Below are positions 50,002-60,406 of a stretch of 64,000 nucleotides of DNA, piece after piece; positions within the stretch are counted from its first letter, which is position 1, and the number at the start of each line of letters is the position of its first letter. Source of the stretch: Candidatus Latescibacterota bacterium (lineage in GTDB: Bacteria; Latescibacterota; UBA2968; GCA-2709665). Where the stretch lies: positions 1,152,001 to 1,216,000 of the forward strand of contig OZ244937.1 of the NCBI GenBank assembly GCA_965222075.1. Direction: 5' to 3'. A model generated the notes under the pieces. It saw only the letters and a program-made list of their open reading frames with translations, was not told the origin of the DNA and did no database searches. The translations under genes were made by a program, and so were the position numbers.

Positions 50002-50832
50002 ATGAGTGATGCCGGTTTAAAAGGACGCGCAGCCATTGTAACTGGCGGCGCCAGCGGTCTGGGCCGCGCGGTCGCCCTGCGCCTGGCCCGGGAGGGGGCC
50101 GATGTGTGTATCATGTCGTTGAGCCGCCAGAAGGTGGAGATGGTGGACGGCGAGGTGAAGTATTTCGCGTCGGTTAGCGAGATCGAAGAGACGCAGAATG
50201 CCATCGGCGCGCTGGGGGTGCGCTGCATCGGCATTGACGGGGATATCAGCGTTGCAGCGGATGTGGAGCGCATGGTTTTCTCCACAGTGGAGGCGTTCGG
50301 ACGCCTGGATATTCTGGTGAACAACGCTGCGACCAATGTTGTGCATCCTATTCTGAATCACGATGACGACGCCTGGAAGCGGGTGATCGACGTCAACCTT
50401 TTCGGTCCGTATCTCTGCGTGCGGGTTGCGCTGCCCCATCTGATCAAAAACGGCTGGGGGCGCATCGTCTCCATCGGCTCGACCAACGCCCACGTGGGAG
50501 CCGCGGAATACAGCGCGTACGCGGCCTCCAAACACGGCCTGCTGGGCTTCAACAAGTCGTTGGCACTTGAAGCGGCCGCGCACAATATCACGGCCAATAC
50601 GATCAGCCCCGGCATGATCGAGACGCCGTCGGCAAAACTGCACATTGCGAAATGGGCCGAGGCTAAGGGCATATCGTATGAGGCCATGCGCGAGGAATTC
50701 GTGGCGGATTATCCGCAGAAACGGTTTGTCCAGCCCGAAGAGATCGCCGATCTGGTGGTTTACCTGTGCCGGGAGAAGGCAAAAGCGGTCAACGGAGAAG
50801 ATATTAAAATCACCACAGGCGCGATGTATTAA
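50002..50832 (+). CDS. SDR oxidoreductase
   Basis: TGGASGLG, NNAA, YAASK. Confidence 0.92.
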   Translation: MSDAGLKGRAAIVTGGASGLGRAVALRLAREGADVCIMSLSRQKVEMVDGEVKYFASVSEIEETQNAIGALGVRCIGIDGDISVAADVERMVFSTVEAFGRLDILVNNAATNVVHPILNHDDDAWKRVIDVNLFGPYLCVRVALPHLIKNGWGRIVSIGSTNAHVGAAEYSAYAASKHGLLGFNKSLALEAAAHNITANTISPGMIETPSAKLHIAKWAEAKGISYEAMREEFVADYPQKRFVQPEEIADLVVYLCREKAKAVNGEDIKITTGAMY

Positions 50833-50865
50833 TCATTCCGCAATCCGCAATTCAAGGAGGTCTGT

Positions 50866-51648
50866 ATGGATCTGGGCCTGAAGGGACGCCGGGCGTTGAT
50901 CACTGGTGGGAGCAAAGGGATCGGCAAGGCGATTGCGTTTGAACTGGCGGGAGAAGGCGCGGACCTTGCCCTGTGCGCACGCGGCAATGAGGCCCTGCAG
51001 GCGACCGCAGCGGAACTGAGGGAAAAGACCGGGGTTGCCGTGTTCGCGGAGACGGCCGATGTGACGGACAAGAAGAGGGTGCAGGCATTCGTCGAACAGG
51101 CGGCGTCCGAGCTGGGCGGGCTGGATATTCTGGTGAACTGCGCGGGAAGCGCGCTGCCGGGCACGTTTGAAGAGGTGGACGAGGAACGCTGGCGAGCGGA
51201 CCTGGATGTGAAGCTATTTGCGGCCATGCGCTGCGTGAGGGCCGCACTGCCCTACCTGAAACAGAGCGACCAGGCCAGGATCATCAATATCAACTCGATT
51301 GTGGGCCGGCAGTCCGCGCCCGAATATATTGCCAACAGCACGGACCGCGCGGCGTGTCTCGGCTTCAACAAGGTGCTGTCCGACAACCTGGCCCAATACG
51401 GCATTCTGGTCAACAGCATCAACCCCGGCAACGTCAAGAGCGAGGCCTGGGGAAGCACGCTGGATTATTTCGCCCCGGATGAGGAACTCGATACATATTA
51501 TCAACAGGTGTCCGGAGAGACCCCCCTTGGCCGGGTTGCAGAGGCCGACGAGATCGCCGCAGTGGCCGCATTTCTGGCCAGCAAGCGAGCAAGCTATGTC
51601 ACCGGCGCGTCGATCGATGTGGACGGTGGGCTGGTGAGATATATTTAA
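50866..51648 (+). CDS. SDR oxidoreductase with atypical active site
   Basis: TGGSKGIG, VNCAG; NSTDR in place of YxxxK. Confidence 0.88.
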   Translation: MDLGLKGRRALITGGSKGIGKAIAFELAGEGADLALCARGNEALQATAAELREKTGVAVFAETADVTDKKRVQAFVEQAASELGGLDILVNCAGSALPGTFEEVDEERWRADLDVKLFAAMRCVRAALPYLKQSDQARIININSIVGRQSAPEYIANSTDRAACLGFNKVLSDNLAQYGILVNSINPGNVKSEAWGSTLDYFAPDEELDTYYQQVSGETPLGRVAEADEIAAVAAFLASKRASYVTGASIDVDGGLVRYI

Positions 51649-51696
51649 ATTTTGGAATGCGGAATGCGGTTTCCGTATCCGAAATCCGCATTTGAA

Positions 51697-52968
51697 ATGG
51701 CTCTGATCAATCTACCGGTAGACCATAATGCCGATACCCTGAGTGTAAGGATTCCGGATGCACTCCTGGGCGAAGTGGTCCGGCCCATGCCCGTGCAGCC
51801 TGCGGCCGATCCGGACGCAGAAATCCGGGACGCGCTGGAAAAGCCCATCGGCGCGCCGCCCGTGGAACAGATTGTGCGGCCCGGCCAGCGCGTTGCCGTG
51901 ATCGTTGACGATATCACCCGGGAGACGCCCACGCGTCTTATGCTGCCGCCGGTTCTGGCAAGGCTGGAGGCGGCCGGTATCCCGCGCGGAGACATCCGGG
52001 TCGTGATCGCCCTGGGTACGCACCGGCCGATGACCGAAGCGGAAATTCCGGTCAAGGTGGGGCCTGCTGTCGTCCAGGCGTATGAGATCGTGAACGTCCC
52101 GAGCTGGGAGGAGGACCGGTTTGTCTGCCTGGGCATGTCCTCCAGCGGGATTCCTGCCCGGGTGCTCCGGGAGGTGGCCGGGGCGGATGTGCGCATCGGT
52201 CTGGGGGGGATTATCCCCCATGTGGATGCCGGCTTCAGCGGGGGCGCGAAGATTGTTCTGCCGGGGGTGTGCAGCGACCGGACGGTGGACGCGTTTCACG
52301 CCCGGGGGGCAGCGGTGGAAACGAACCTGCTGGGGGTGTTCGATGGGCCGATGCGGAAGGACCTGGAGCAGTTTGTGGGCCAACAGGTGGAGCTGCACTT
52401 TATTCTCAACGCGGTCCTGACCCGGGAGGGGGAACTCTACCGGTGCGTAGCCGGGCATTTTATCGAGGCACACCGCGCCGGGGTGCGGATGGCGCAGGAG
52501 GTCTACTGCGTACCCGTGGCGCGCCGGTATCCGCTGGTCATCGCCAATTCCTTTCCGGCCAACATCGACCTGTGGCAGAGCTCCAAGTGCCTGTGGGTCG
52601 GTGAGAAGATGGTCAGCGACGGGGGCATGCTGGTTCTGGTCACACCCTGCAAAGAGGGGATTAACGTTCACCCACTGTATCCCGATTATATCGGCCGCGA
52701 CCCGGACGACCTGCAAAAGGAGCTGGAGGAGGGCCGGGTAGAGGACCCAAATGCCTGCGGCGGAGCGATTCCGGTTGGTCGTATGAAGCGCCGGATCAGG
52801 TTCGGCCTGGTCTCCCCCGGGCTGAGCCGAGTGGATGCGGACCGGATGGGCTTTGCCTATTATGCGTCGGTTGAGGAGGCCGTTGACGCAGAGCTGGGAG
52901 AGTCGCCGGAACCCGCGTGTGTGGGCGTGCTGACCCACAGCGACTTTACAATACCGCTTGTGCAGTAG
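51697..52968 (+). CDS. LarA-family nickel-pincer racemase/epimerase
   Basis: DDITR.TP, ALGTHR, PH..AGFSGG.K.V.PG. Confidence 0.88.
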   Translation: MALINLPVDHNADTLSVRIPDALLGEVVRPMPVQPAADPDAEIRDALEKPIGAPPVEQIVRPGQRVAVIVDDITRETPTRLMLPPVLARLEAAGIPRGDIRVVIALGTHRPMTEAEIPVKVGPAVVQAYEIVNVPSWEEDRFVCLGMSSSGIPARVLREVAGADVRIGLGGIIPHVDAGFSGGAKIVLPGVCSDRTVDAFHARGAAVETNLLGVFDGPMRKDLEQFVGQQVELHFILNAVLTREGELYRCVAGHFIEAHRAGVRMAQEVYCVPVARRYPLVIANSFPANIDLWQSSKCLWVGEKMVSDGGMLVLVTPCKEGINVHPLYPDYIGRDPDDLQKELEEGRVEDPNACGGAIPVGRMKRRIRFGLVSPGLSRVDADRMGFAYYASVEEAVDAELGESPEPACVGVLTHSDFTIPLVQ

Positions 52969-52983
52969 CCGAAGGAGGCGAAA

Positions 52984-53648
52984 ATGTCAACAACGAGGTC
53001 AACGATACTGTTGTAGCATCTTGCTGCTGGGATGGTCGGGGACTATTTCTGCCGGTGAACTGGGAAAGCGATCGCGGGTTGAACTCAGGATGGGACAGTG
53101 GAATCAGGGGGGAAAGAGCGAAGCAATAACACAGGCTGGTCCATTTGGGGTTGAAACGACTGCTGAGACGGATGGTATACTCGTTTCGTTGGGCTATGCG
53201 TACTGGATGCGAGAGAACTTAGCCGCCCATTTTACGCTTGGGGTGCTGGCTGTCGAGGCAAATTCACGTGTTGGGCTTCAGGGAATCTCCCAGCAGGCGG
53301 TTGTCATTTATCCTGTTGATCCTGGGCATAAGATACTATCTACCCGGGTCAACGCTCCAAACCCCATTCAGGCCCTTTCTGACAATGGGTATAGGGTCCA
53401 ACATCGGGGTTGAAGCCAAAAACGAAGTCGGCTTCCAGGTGGTGCAGAAGTCCAGAATAATGACGTCATTTGGAAGCCATGTGGGAGGGGGGCTGGACGT
53501 TCGGTTGGGCCGATCCTTAGTGGCAGGTGCAAACGTGGGATATAACCTGATGACGGATTTTTCTGAGGCGTTGGGTGGCAGGAGTAATTACAGTGGACTC
53601 GAATTTGGCGTTGGAATCAGCTGGCTATTTGGCAAGAGGTTTGAATAA
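52984..53648 (+). pseudogene. Outer-membrane beta-barrel (OmpW-like) with two frameshifts
   Basis: RBS GGAGG and ATG 52984 (MSTTRSTILL*), continues in ORF 52958 frame then ORF 53238 frame (LGIRYY...PFLTMGIG...GVGISWLF). Confidence 0.65.
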
Positions 53649-53695
53649 TCAGCACGAGTCAAAAAGCCCTGGGATGGTATGAAAGAGGACTGGGT

Positions 53696-55920
53696 ATGTC
53701 GAATACGAGCCGTCGCTATCTCTCCCCCGTGCCCGGCCTGGGCCTGGAGGGATATGCCGATGAGATGACGGTTTCCGGCGGCGGGAAGATCCGGTTCATG
53801 GTGGGCGGGCCGAAGGGGACGGCGGACGTGAAAATGGTGAGGCTCATCCACGGCGATCCGAACGCCGACGGGCCCGGATACAGGGAAGAGGAGGTGTTTT
53901 GGGGGCAACCGGAAACCGTTGAGGTGAGGAAGCAGGACATCGATTTCGGGTCCTATGTGGAGGTCCCCCATTCAGACGTCCTGAATCCGAAAGGGGGGTT
54001 CACCCTGGCCCTCTGGTTTTATCCCACGCTGCTGGGTGGCGGATGGCATACCCTGGCGGCGAAGTGGGCGCCCGGGGATCTGGGTTACGCGCTTTACTTT
54101 GCAGGGGATCGGTTTTTGACAGCCGCCGTCTCGCACGATGGTACGGCAGCAGAATGGGCGACGGCGCAGGAGTTTGCGCATCTGAAATGCTGGCAATTTA
54201 TCGCGTTTACATACGATCCGGATTCCGGGGATCTCTGTCTCTACCAGTGCCTGACCGATACCTCGGGAGTCGTGGAGACAAGGAGCTCTCACGATCCACT
54301 CGTCATCTCGCCGAAACGCGTGAAGGCCGGGCCTGTTCACCCCTCCGGGGCGCCCCTGCTTTTGGGGGCGACTCAGGATCCGACCGATCCTGGACGGCAC
54401 TGGGCGCATTTTACGGGAAAGGTCGGCATCCCGTACTCCTGGACGGGGCGCTGGACCGCAGCGGGATCTGGGCCCTGGCGCAGGGGGAGACCCCAGAGGG
54501 GGTCGCACCCGTGCTGGGGTGCTGGGACCTGGGCCGGGAGGTGACGGGGACGCGGGTGGTCGATGTGTCACCGCACGCGACCCACGGCAGAGCGGTCAAC
54601 GCGCCCGGCCGGGCGGTTACCGGACCCTTCTGGACGGGCATGCCGGCCCGGTTGTATACGGAGAACCCCGGCGACTACAATGCAATCCGTTTTCACGAGG
54701 ATGACCTGGAGGACGCCGGGTGGGAACCCGCTTTCGAGGTCCGGGCCGATCCCGATGCGAAATCCGGGATTTACGCCGCCCGCATCGAGCGGAACGCCGA
54801 CCGGCTGTTCCTGCCATTTGTCGTCCGCGCGAGGTCTCCCCGGTGTGAATTGGGATATCTTATTCCAACATTGACATGGCAGGCTTACGGGAGCAACCGG
54901 TCGGCTTACAGTTTTACGGAGGACGGCGTGCTGGACCGGGTGCTGAGCATGTACAATGTGCACAGCGACGGCTCGATGGTGTATTACCGCACGCGGCACC
55001 AGCCGACCCGCTCGTGGAATCCGAGCGCCGGCTTCCAGCACTGGGGGGCGCATACGGTTACCGCAAACCTCTATCTGATTGACTGGCTGGAAGAGAAAGG
55101 GTTGGATTATGAGGTGTTTGCCGACGAGGACCTGCACCGGGAGGGAACGGACCTTCTGGCGCAGTACCGCTGTGTGATTATGGCGAGCCACCCGGAGTAC
55201 TGCACGCAGACGATGGTGGACGGCATCGCCCGCTACATCCGGCAGGGAGGGCGGGTGGTGTACCTGGCGGGAAACGGGCTGTACTGGGTGATGTCGATCG
55301 ACCCGGAGCGGCCGCACCTTGTGGAACTCAGAAGAAGCGGAGAGGGGGACTACGGACCGACGTATCAGCCTCAGCCGGGGGAGGCCCAGCACAGCACGAC
55401 GCTGGAGCTGGGTGGGCTGTGGGCGCGGCGGGGAAGGCCGCCCCGGAGCATTGTGGGCGTGGAGCACGCCGCCGATATCTGGATGTCTGCAGAGGGCAGG
55501 TGGGGGTTCAAGCGCCTGCCGGAGAGCCACGACGAGCGCTACGCATTCGTGTTCGAGGGGGTCGGAAAAGAAGAGACGATCGGCGACTTTGGGCTGAACC
55601 TGGGCAGCGCGGCAGGGTTCGAGATGGACGCGGTGCAGGAGTGGCAGTGGGATGATCAGACCCCGGAGCCGGTCGTACTGGCCCGGGCCGCCCACGAGGC
55701 ATTCACGCCGCCCCGGCGGACCCCGGTGCCTGCGGTGTCGGAGATCGCGCTGACAACACACGCGGGCGGTGGCGCCGTGTTTTCGGCGGGGTCGGTGACG
55801 TGGACGGGGAGCCTGTCGCACAACCGATATGACAACAATGTTTCGAAGATCACAGAGAATGTCATCCGCCGCTTTGTGGATACGCGTCCGGGCGCGTCCG
55901 TACTGAATCCGCAGCAATGA
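53696..55920 (+). CDS. N,N-dimethylformamidase large-subunit family protein with LamG-like insert; single frameshift near 54425
   Basis: RLIHGDPNADGPG, FHEDDLEDAGW, TWQAY, MYNVHSDGS, HPEY, YLAGNG.YW; FTGKVG/HPVLLD junction lacks one base. Confidence 0.82.
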
Positions 55921-55952
55921 TGCGAAAGCCATTCGTATGGGGAGGAAGCCGG

Positions 55953-57011
55953 ATGGGCAATCCGACAGCGGGGACCAGGGGCCTGCTGAAGCGGCTGGAC
56001 GATGGGGCGGTTATCTGCGCCGAGGGCTATCTGTTCGAACTGGAGCGGCGAGGCTACCTGCAGGCCGGCGCTTTTGTGCCGGAGGCGGTGCTGGAGCACC
56101 CGGAGGTGGTAGGGGCGCTGCACCGTGAATTTTTACGGGCAGGTACGGATGTGATTGAGGCGTTGACCTACTATGCACACCGGGAGAAACTGCGGCTTAT
56201 CGGCAAAGAGGACAGGCTGGTCCCCCTGCAGAGGAACGCCCTGGAGATCGCGAGGTCGGTGGCCGCCGAGGCAGAGGGCGAACGCCCGCTGGTGGCGGGA
56301 AATATCTGCAATACCAATGTGTGGGACCCGTCGGACAGCGCCACGGACGCCGTGGTGAGAGCGATGTTCGACGAACAGGTCGCCTGGGCGGTTGAAGCCG
56401 GCGTGGATTTCATGATCGGCGAGACCTTTGCATTTTACGGAGAGGCGAAGTGCGCGCTGGAAGCGATCAAGCAGGTCGGACTGCCTGCGGTGATCACCTT
56501 TGCGCTGCATCAGGAAGAGACCTTTCGGGATGGGGTAGGGGTTGAGGAGAGCGCAAAAAGGCTGGAACAGGCCGGGGCGGATGTGGTGGGGCTGAACTGT
56601 ACGCGGGGTCCTGCGACGATGATGCCCTTTGTGAGACGTATCCGGGATGCCGTCTCCTGCCATGTTGCGGCCCTGCCGGTGCCTTATCGGACCACGGAGG
56701 ATCAGCCGACGTTCCAGTCGCTGCAAGATCCGGACTGCGCCTGCCCGGACCGGCCGTTTCCAACGGCGCTGGACCCATTTGCCTGCAATCGGTACGAGAT
56801 GGGGGCGTTCGCCCGCGAGGCGTACGGGTTGAACATCCGCTACCTGGGCGTCTGCTGCGGCGCCGGTCCGCACCACATCCGATCCGTGGCCGAGGCCCTG
56901 GGCCGCCGGCCGCCGGCGAGCGCGTACTCCCCCGATATGTCCAAACATTATGCGCTGGGCAGCGATTCGAGTCTGAAGCGGTACAACAAGGAGTTTGTCG
57001 AGAAACTCTGA
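55953..57011 (+). CDS. Betaine-homocysteine S-methyltransferase-like protein
   Basis: AEGYLFELERRGYLQAGAFVPE, GLNC, GVCCG..PHHIR. Confidence 0.88.
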   Translation: MGNPTAGTRGLLKRLDDGAVICAEGYLFELERRGYLQAGAFVPEAVLEHPEVVGALHREFLRAGTDVIEALTYYAHREKLRLIGKEDRLVPLQRNALEIARSVAAEAEGERPLVAGNICNTNVWDPSDSATDAVVRAMFDEQVAWAVEAGVDFMIGETFAFYGEAKCALEAIKQVGLPAVITFALHQEETFRDGVGVEESAKRLEQAGADVVGLNCTRGPATMMPFVRRIRDAVSCHVAALPVPYRTTEDQPTFQSLQDPDCACPDRPFPTALDPFACNRYEMGAFAREAYGLNIRYLGVCCGAGPHHIRSVAEALGRRPPASAYSPDMSKHYALGSDSSLKRYNKEFVEKL

Positions 57012-57023
57012 TCGGGAGGGTTT

Positions 57024-57887
57024 ATGGCCGGCCTGAGCACCGAGCAGCTTTCCGCCTATATGGAAGACGGATACCTGCTGCTGGAGGATGTGCTATCGCA
57101 TGCGGATCGGCAGCCGCTGATCGAGGATATCAACGCGGGGATCGACCGGAAGACGCGGGAGGCGTTTTCGGAAGGACGGTTGTGCGATCTGTTCGAGCAC
57201 GAGCCTTTTGAGCGCCGCCTGGCCAGGGTCCGTGAGGCGATGGACGACCCTTTGGAGGTTGAGAAGGCCGTTACCGGAAAACGGCTCAAGACGGCCGGTA
57301 TGTTTGCACTGGTCACGCATCCGGCGATTCTGGATATCGTGGCGTCGGTGATCGGCCCGGAGATCCTGGTCCACCCCCAGTTCAACTGCCAGGCCAAGAT
57401 GCCGAACGAGGCGCAATCGGAGATTCCCTGGCACCAGGACCTGGGGTTTCTGCATCCGGATGCGGGAGAGACCTTCATGGTGAACTTCTGGATTCCGCTG
57501 GTGGATGCCACGGTCGAAAATGGGTGCCTGGAGGTGGTCCCCGGCAGCCACAGGGCCGGTTTGAAGCCGCACGGAGAGGTCCCGGGTTATCTCAATGCGG
57601 GGATCGTGGAGGGGTATGTTCCGGAGGATGAACCTCTGGCTTGTCCGGTGCGGAAGGGCGGCGTGGTGGTGTTTCAGCACAAGACGGTACACCGTTCTTT
57701 TCCGAACCGAACGGACCGTATCCGTTGGAGCGTGGATATTCGGTACTCCGATCCGGCGAAGCCCACAGGGCGGGACGAGGTGCCGGGGTTTGTTGCACGC
57801 AGCCGGGCGCATCCGGAGTGGGTGACAAAGAGTCACCTGGACTGGGTGAGGCTGCTGGAAGGGGTGGATGAGATGCTGTATGAGTAG
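57024..57887 (+). CDS. Phytanoyl-CoA dioxygenase (PhyH) family protein
   Basis: WHQD, NGCLEVVPGSH, HRS.PN...R. Confidence 0.9.
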   Translation: MAGLSTEQLSAYMEDGYLLLEDVLSHADRQPLIEDINAGIDRKTREAFSEGRLCDLFEHEPFERRLARVREAMDDPLEVEKAVTGKRLKTAGMFALVTHPAILDIVASVIGPEILVHPQFNCQAKMPNEAQSEIPWHQDLGFLHPDAGETFMVNFWIPLVDATVENGCLEVVPGSHRAGLKPHGEVPGYLNAGIVEGYVPEDEPLACPVRKGGVVVFQHKTVHRSFPNRTDRIRWSVDIRYSDPAKPTGRDEVPGFVARSRAHPEWVTKSHLDWVRLLEGVDEMLYE

Positions 57888-57941
57888 GCCCCCATCCCCC
57901 AGGACAGTAGAAGCGGTTGAAGCCGGGCAAACGAGGCGCTG

Positions 57942-58982
57942 ATGCCGACATACGACTATATTCATCTGGAACAGATTGCGGCTGAGCTGCTCGAAGCCGC
58001 AGGGACGCCGCCGGACACAGCCGGGGGCGTGGCCAGATCGCTGGTGCTGAGCAATCGGGTCGGACACGATTCGCACGGGATTATCCTGGTTTGGCATTAC
58101 CTGCCGATGCTCCGGGACGGCCGGATCGCCCCCTCGGCGTCGGGCCGGATTGTGCAGGAGACACCATCGATGGCGCTGATTGACGGGCAGTGGGGGTTCG
58201 GGCAGGTGGTGGCCGCTGAGGCGATAAAATGTGCGATGGAGAAGGCCCGGGGATGCGCGATCGCAGCCGTGGGGGTTTACCGCATCAGCCACGTTGGGCG
58301 GCTGGGGGAGTACACCGAGATGGCGGCGGCGGAGGGGCTGGCGGCTTTTGCGTTTGTGAATACGCCGGGCAAGCGTCCGGTGGTCGCGCCGTTTGGGGGG
58401 GCGAAGGCGGTCTGGGGGACCAACCCGGTCGCGGTGGCCCTTCCAACGGGGGAGCCGGTATTTTCGATCGATTTCGCCACGTCCAAAATTGCGTTCGCCA
58501 GGGCCACTCTGGCCCGAAACGAAGGCACCGGGCTTCCCGATGGCTGCGCGATCAACAGCGAGGGCCGCCCCACGCAGGACCCCTGGGACCTGGTGCATGG
58601 GGGTGCGCTCCTGCCCTTTGGGGAGCACAAGGGATACGCCCTGGCCTTCCTGGTAGAGTTGCTGAGCGGCGCGTTGATCGGATCGGTAAATCCCGAACCG
58701 GCGGGGGACCGGAAGGCCGCCGGGCTTTTTTTTGTGGTTTTCGATCCCGAGCGGTTCTGCCCCCGCGATTCGTTTGACGCGTCTGTGCGTGGGCTTTTCC
58801 AGACGGTAAAAGCGTGTCCGCCCGCCGAGGGATTTGAAGAGGTCATGATTCCGGGCGAGCCGGAGCACCGGCAGCGGCTGATTTCCGACACGGCGGGCGT
58901 TTTTGTCGCCGACAGCGTGTGCGAAAAACTCAACGAAGTGGCACGGGAACTGGGGGTTGTGCTGGCGTGGCGGGAGAAATGA
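57942..58982 (+). CDS. Ldh_2 family oxidoreductase
   Basis: GHDSHG, DG.WGFGQ, HVGRLG, GTNP, HKGY.L, IPGE. Confidence 0.92.
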   Translation: MPTYDYIHLEQIAAELLEAAGTPPDTAGGVARSLVLSNRVGHDSHGIILVWHYLPMLRDGRIAPSASGRIVQETPSMALIDGQWGFGQVVAAEAIKCAMEKARGCAIAAVGVYRISHVGRLGEYTEMAAAEGLAAFAFVNTPGKRPVVAPFGGAKAVWGTNPVAVALPTGEPVFSIDFATSKIAFARATLARNEGTGLPDGCAINSEGRPTQDPWDLVHGGALLPFGEHKGYALAFLVELLSGALIGSVNPEPAGDRKAAGLFFVVFDPERFCPRDSFDASVRGLFQTVKACPPAEGFEEVMIPGEPEHRQRLISDTAGVFVADSVCEKLNEVARELGVVLAWREK

Positions 58983-59146
58983 GCGATGACAGAGATTTCA
59001 CTTTCTGAGCTGGTCCCGGTCAGTCTATGCAGGGCCGAATCCGACGGTGAGCACCTGAGGCTTTCAGGATACGGAGCAGGAGCTGAAATAAATCGGACGG
59101 GAGATCCCCGGGCAAGGGGCGCCTTTATGACGAGGGAGGGAGCAAG

Positions 59147-60346
59147 ATGGATGAGGTACGCATCGGGATTGCCGGGCTGGGTCATCGTGCCCTGAACTGG
59201 ATCCGATTGTTGCAACAGGTTCCAGGCTATCGTATCACAGCGATCTACGACTGGATTGAGCCACTGCAGGAGCGGGCGCTGGGGGAGATCGGCTACCGCG
59301 ACGATGTGAAGGTGTTTGGCAATTACGAGGATTTCCTGGCGTTGGATGGGATGGATGCGGTTGGCCTGTGCGTGCGGCAAAAGGAGGTGGGGGCGATGGC
59401 GGCGCAGGCGCTGGAGGCGGGAAAACACGTGAACTCTGAGGTGCCGGCGGCGTTCACGATGGCGGACTGCTGGCGGATTGTGACCGATGTGGAGCGGACC
59501 GGGCTGGTGTACAGCCTGGCGGAGCAGACGCGGTTCTGGGGGTTTGTGGACGGCTGGCGGAAGCTGGTGGAGGAAGGACGGCTGGGCAAGATTACCTACG
59601 CCGAGGGCCAGTATGTGGGTTGGTACGGCACCCGCCAGTATTTCCAGGATTTCAAGACAGGCAGGCAGTATCCGGTCGAGGCGCTGCCCGACCATCCCGA
59701 AGCCGAACCGACGGTGCTCCACGCTCTGCCCACGATCATTGGGGGGATCGGTTCACACGATATGTCTCTGGTGCTGAAGGTCCTGGACGATCGGGTGGCG
59801 GAGGTGGTGGGGATGAGCACGAAGCAGCCCAGTTACGCCTGGCCCCAGATCCCCCGCCCCGATATTCAGGTCGCATTGATGAAGACGGAGAAGGACACGG
59901 TGATCCGGATGCTGTGCGGGTTTACCCAGCCCAGGCCGCACGGCGACCACCACTGGTGGCAGTTCATCGGCACGAAGGGGAGTATGGAGTGGCGGCGGTC
60001 GCTCCACGAGAAGCCCAAGCTGTGGTTTGCCGACACTCAGATGAACGACTGGGCGGAGGTGGACTGGCAGTATCAGCGCACGGATGCGCCTTCAGAGGCC
60101 CGGGGCAGCGGCCACGGGGATGCGGACTATTATGTTCACGCGCATTTCCGGGATGCCGTGCGTGAGGGCAAGCCGCTGGAGCTGGACGTTTACAGGGCGA
60201 TGGAGACGATCGCGCCGGCCATCCGGGCGTTCGATTCGATTGTGGAGAGGAGCAAGCTTATGAAGGTTCCTGACTTTCGCCCGGGTGCGGACCGTCCCGC
60301 CGGTCAGATGCCGGCGGATGTGTGGGAGCACGGTGAAAAAAAATAG
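59147..60346 (+). CDS. Gfo/Idh/MocA family oxidoreductase
   Basis: IAGLGHR, AGKHV.SEVP, Y.EG.Y, GHG.AD. Confidence 0.9.
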   Translation: MDEVRIGIAGLGHRALNWIRLLQQVPGYRITAIYDWIEPLQERALGEIGYRDDVKVFGNYEDFLALDGMDAVGLCVRQKEVGAMAAQALEAGKHVNSEVPAAFTMADCWRIVTDVERTGLVYSLAEQTRFWGFVDGWRKLVEEGRLGKITYAEGQYVGWYGTRQYFQDFKTGRQYPVEALPDHPEAEPTVLHALPTIIGGIGSHDMSLVLKVLDDRVAEVVGMSTKQPSYAWPQIPRPDIQVALMKTEKDTVIRMLCGFTQPRPHGDHHWWQFIGTKGSMEWRRSLHEKPKLWFADTQMNDWAEVDWQYQRTDAPSEARGSGHGDADYYVHAHFRDAVREGKPLELDVYRAMETIAPAIRAFDSIVERSKLMKVPDFRPGADRPAGQMPADVWEHGEKK

Positions 60347-60406
60347 GATTCGAGCGCGACGCAGACCCCCAACCTCCCAGGACTTCGTGTGAAAAAGGAG
60401 CAGGAA

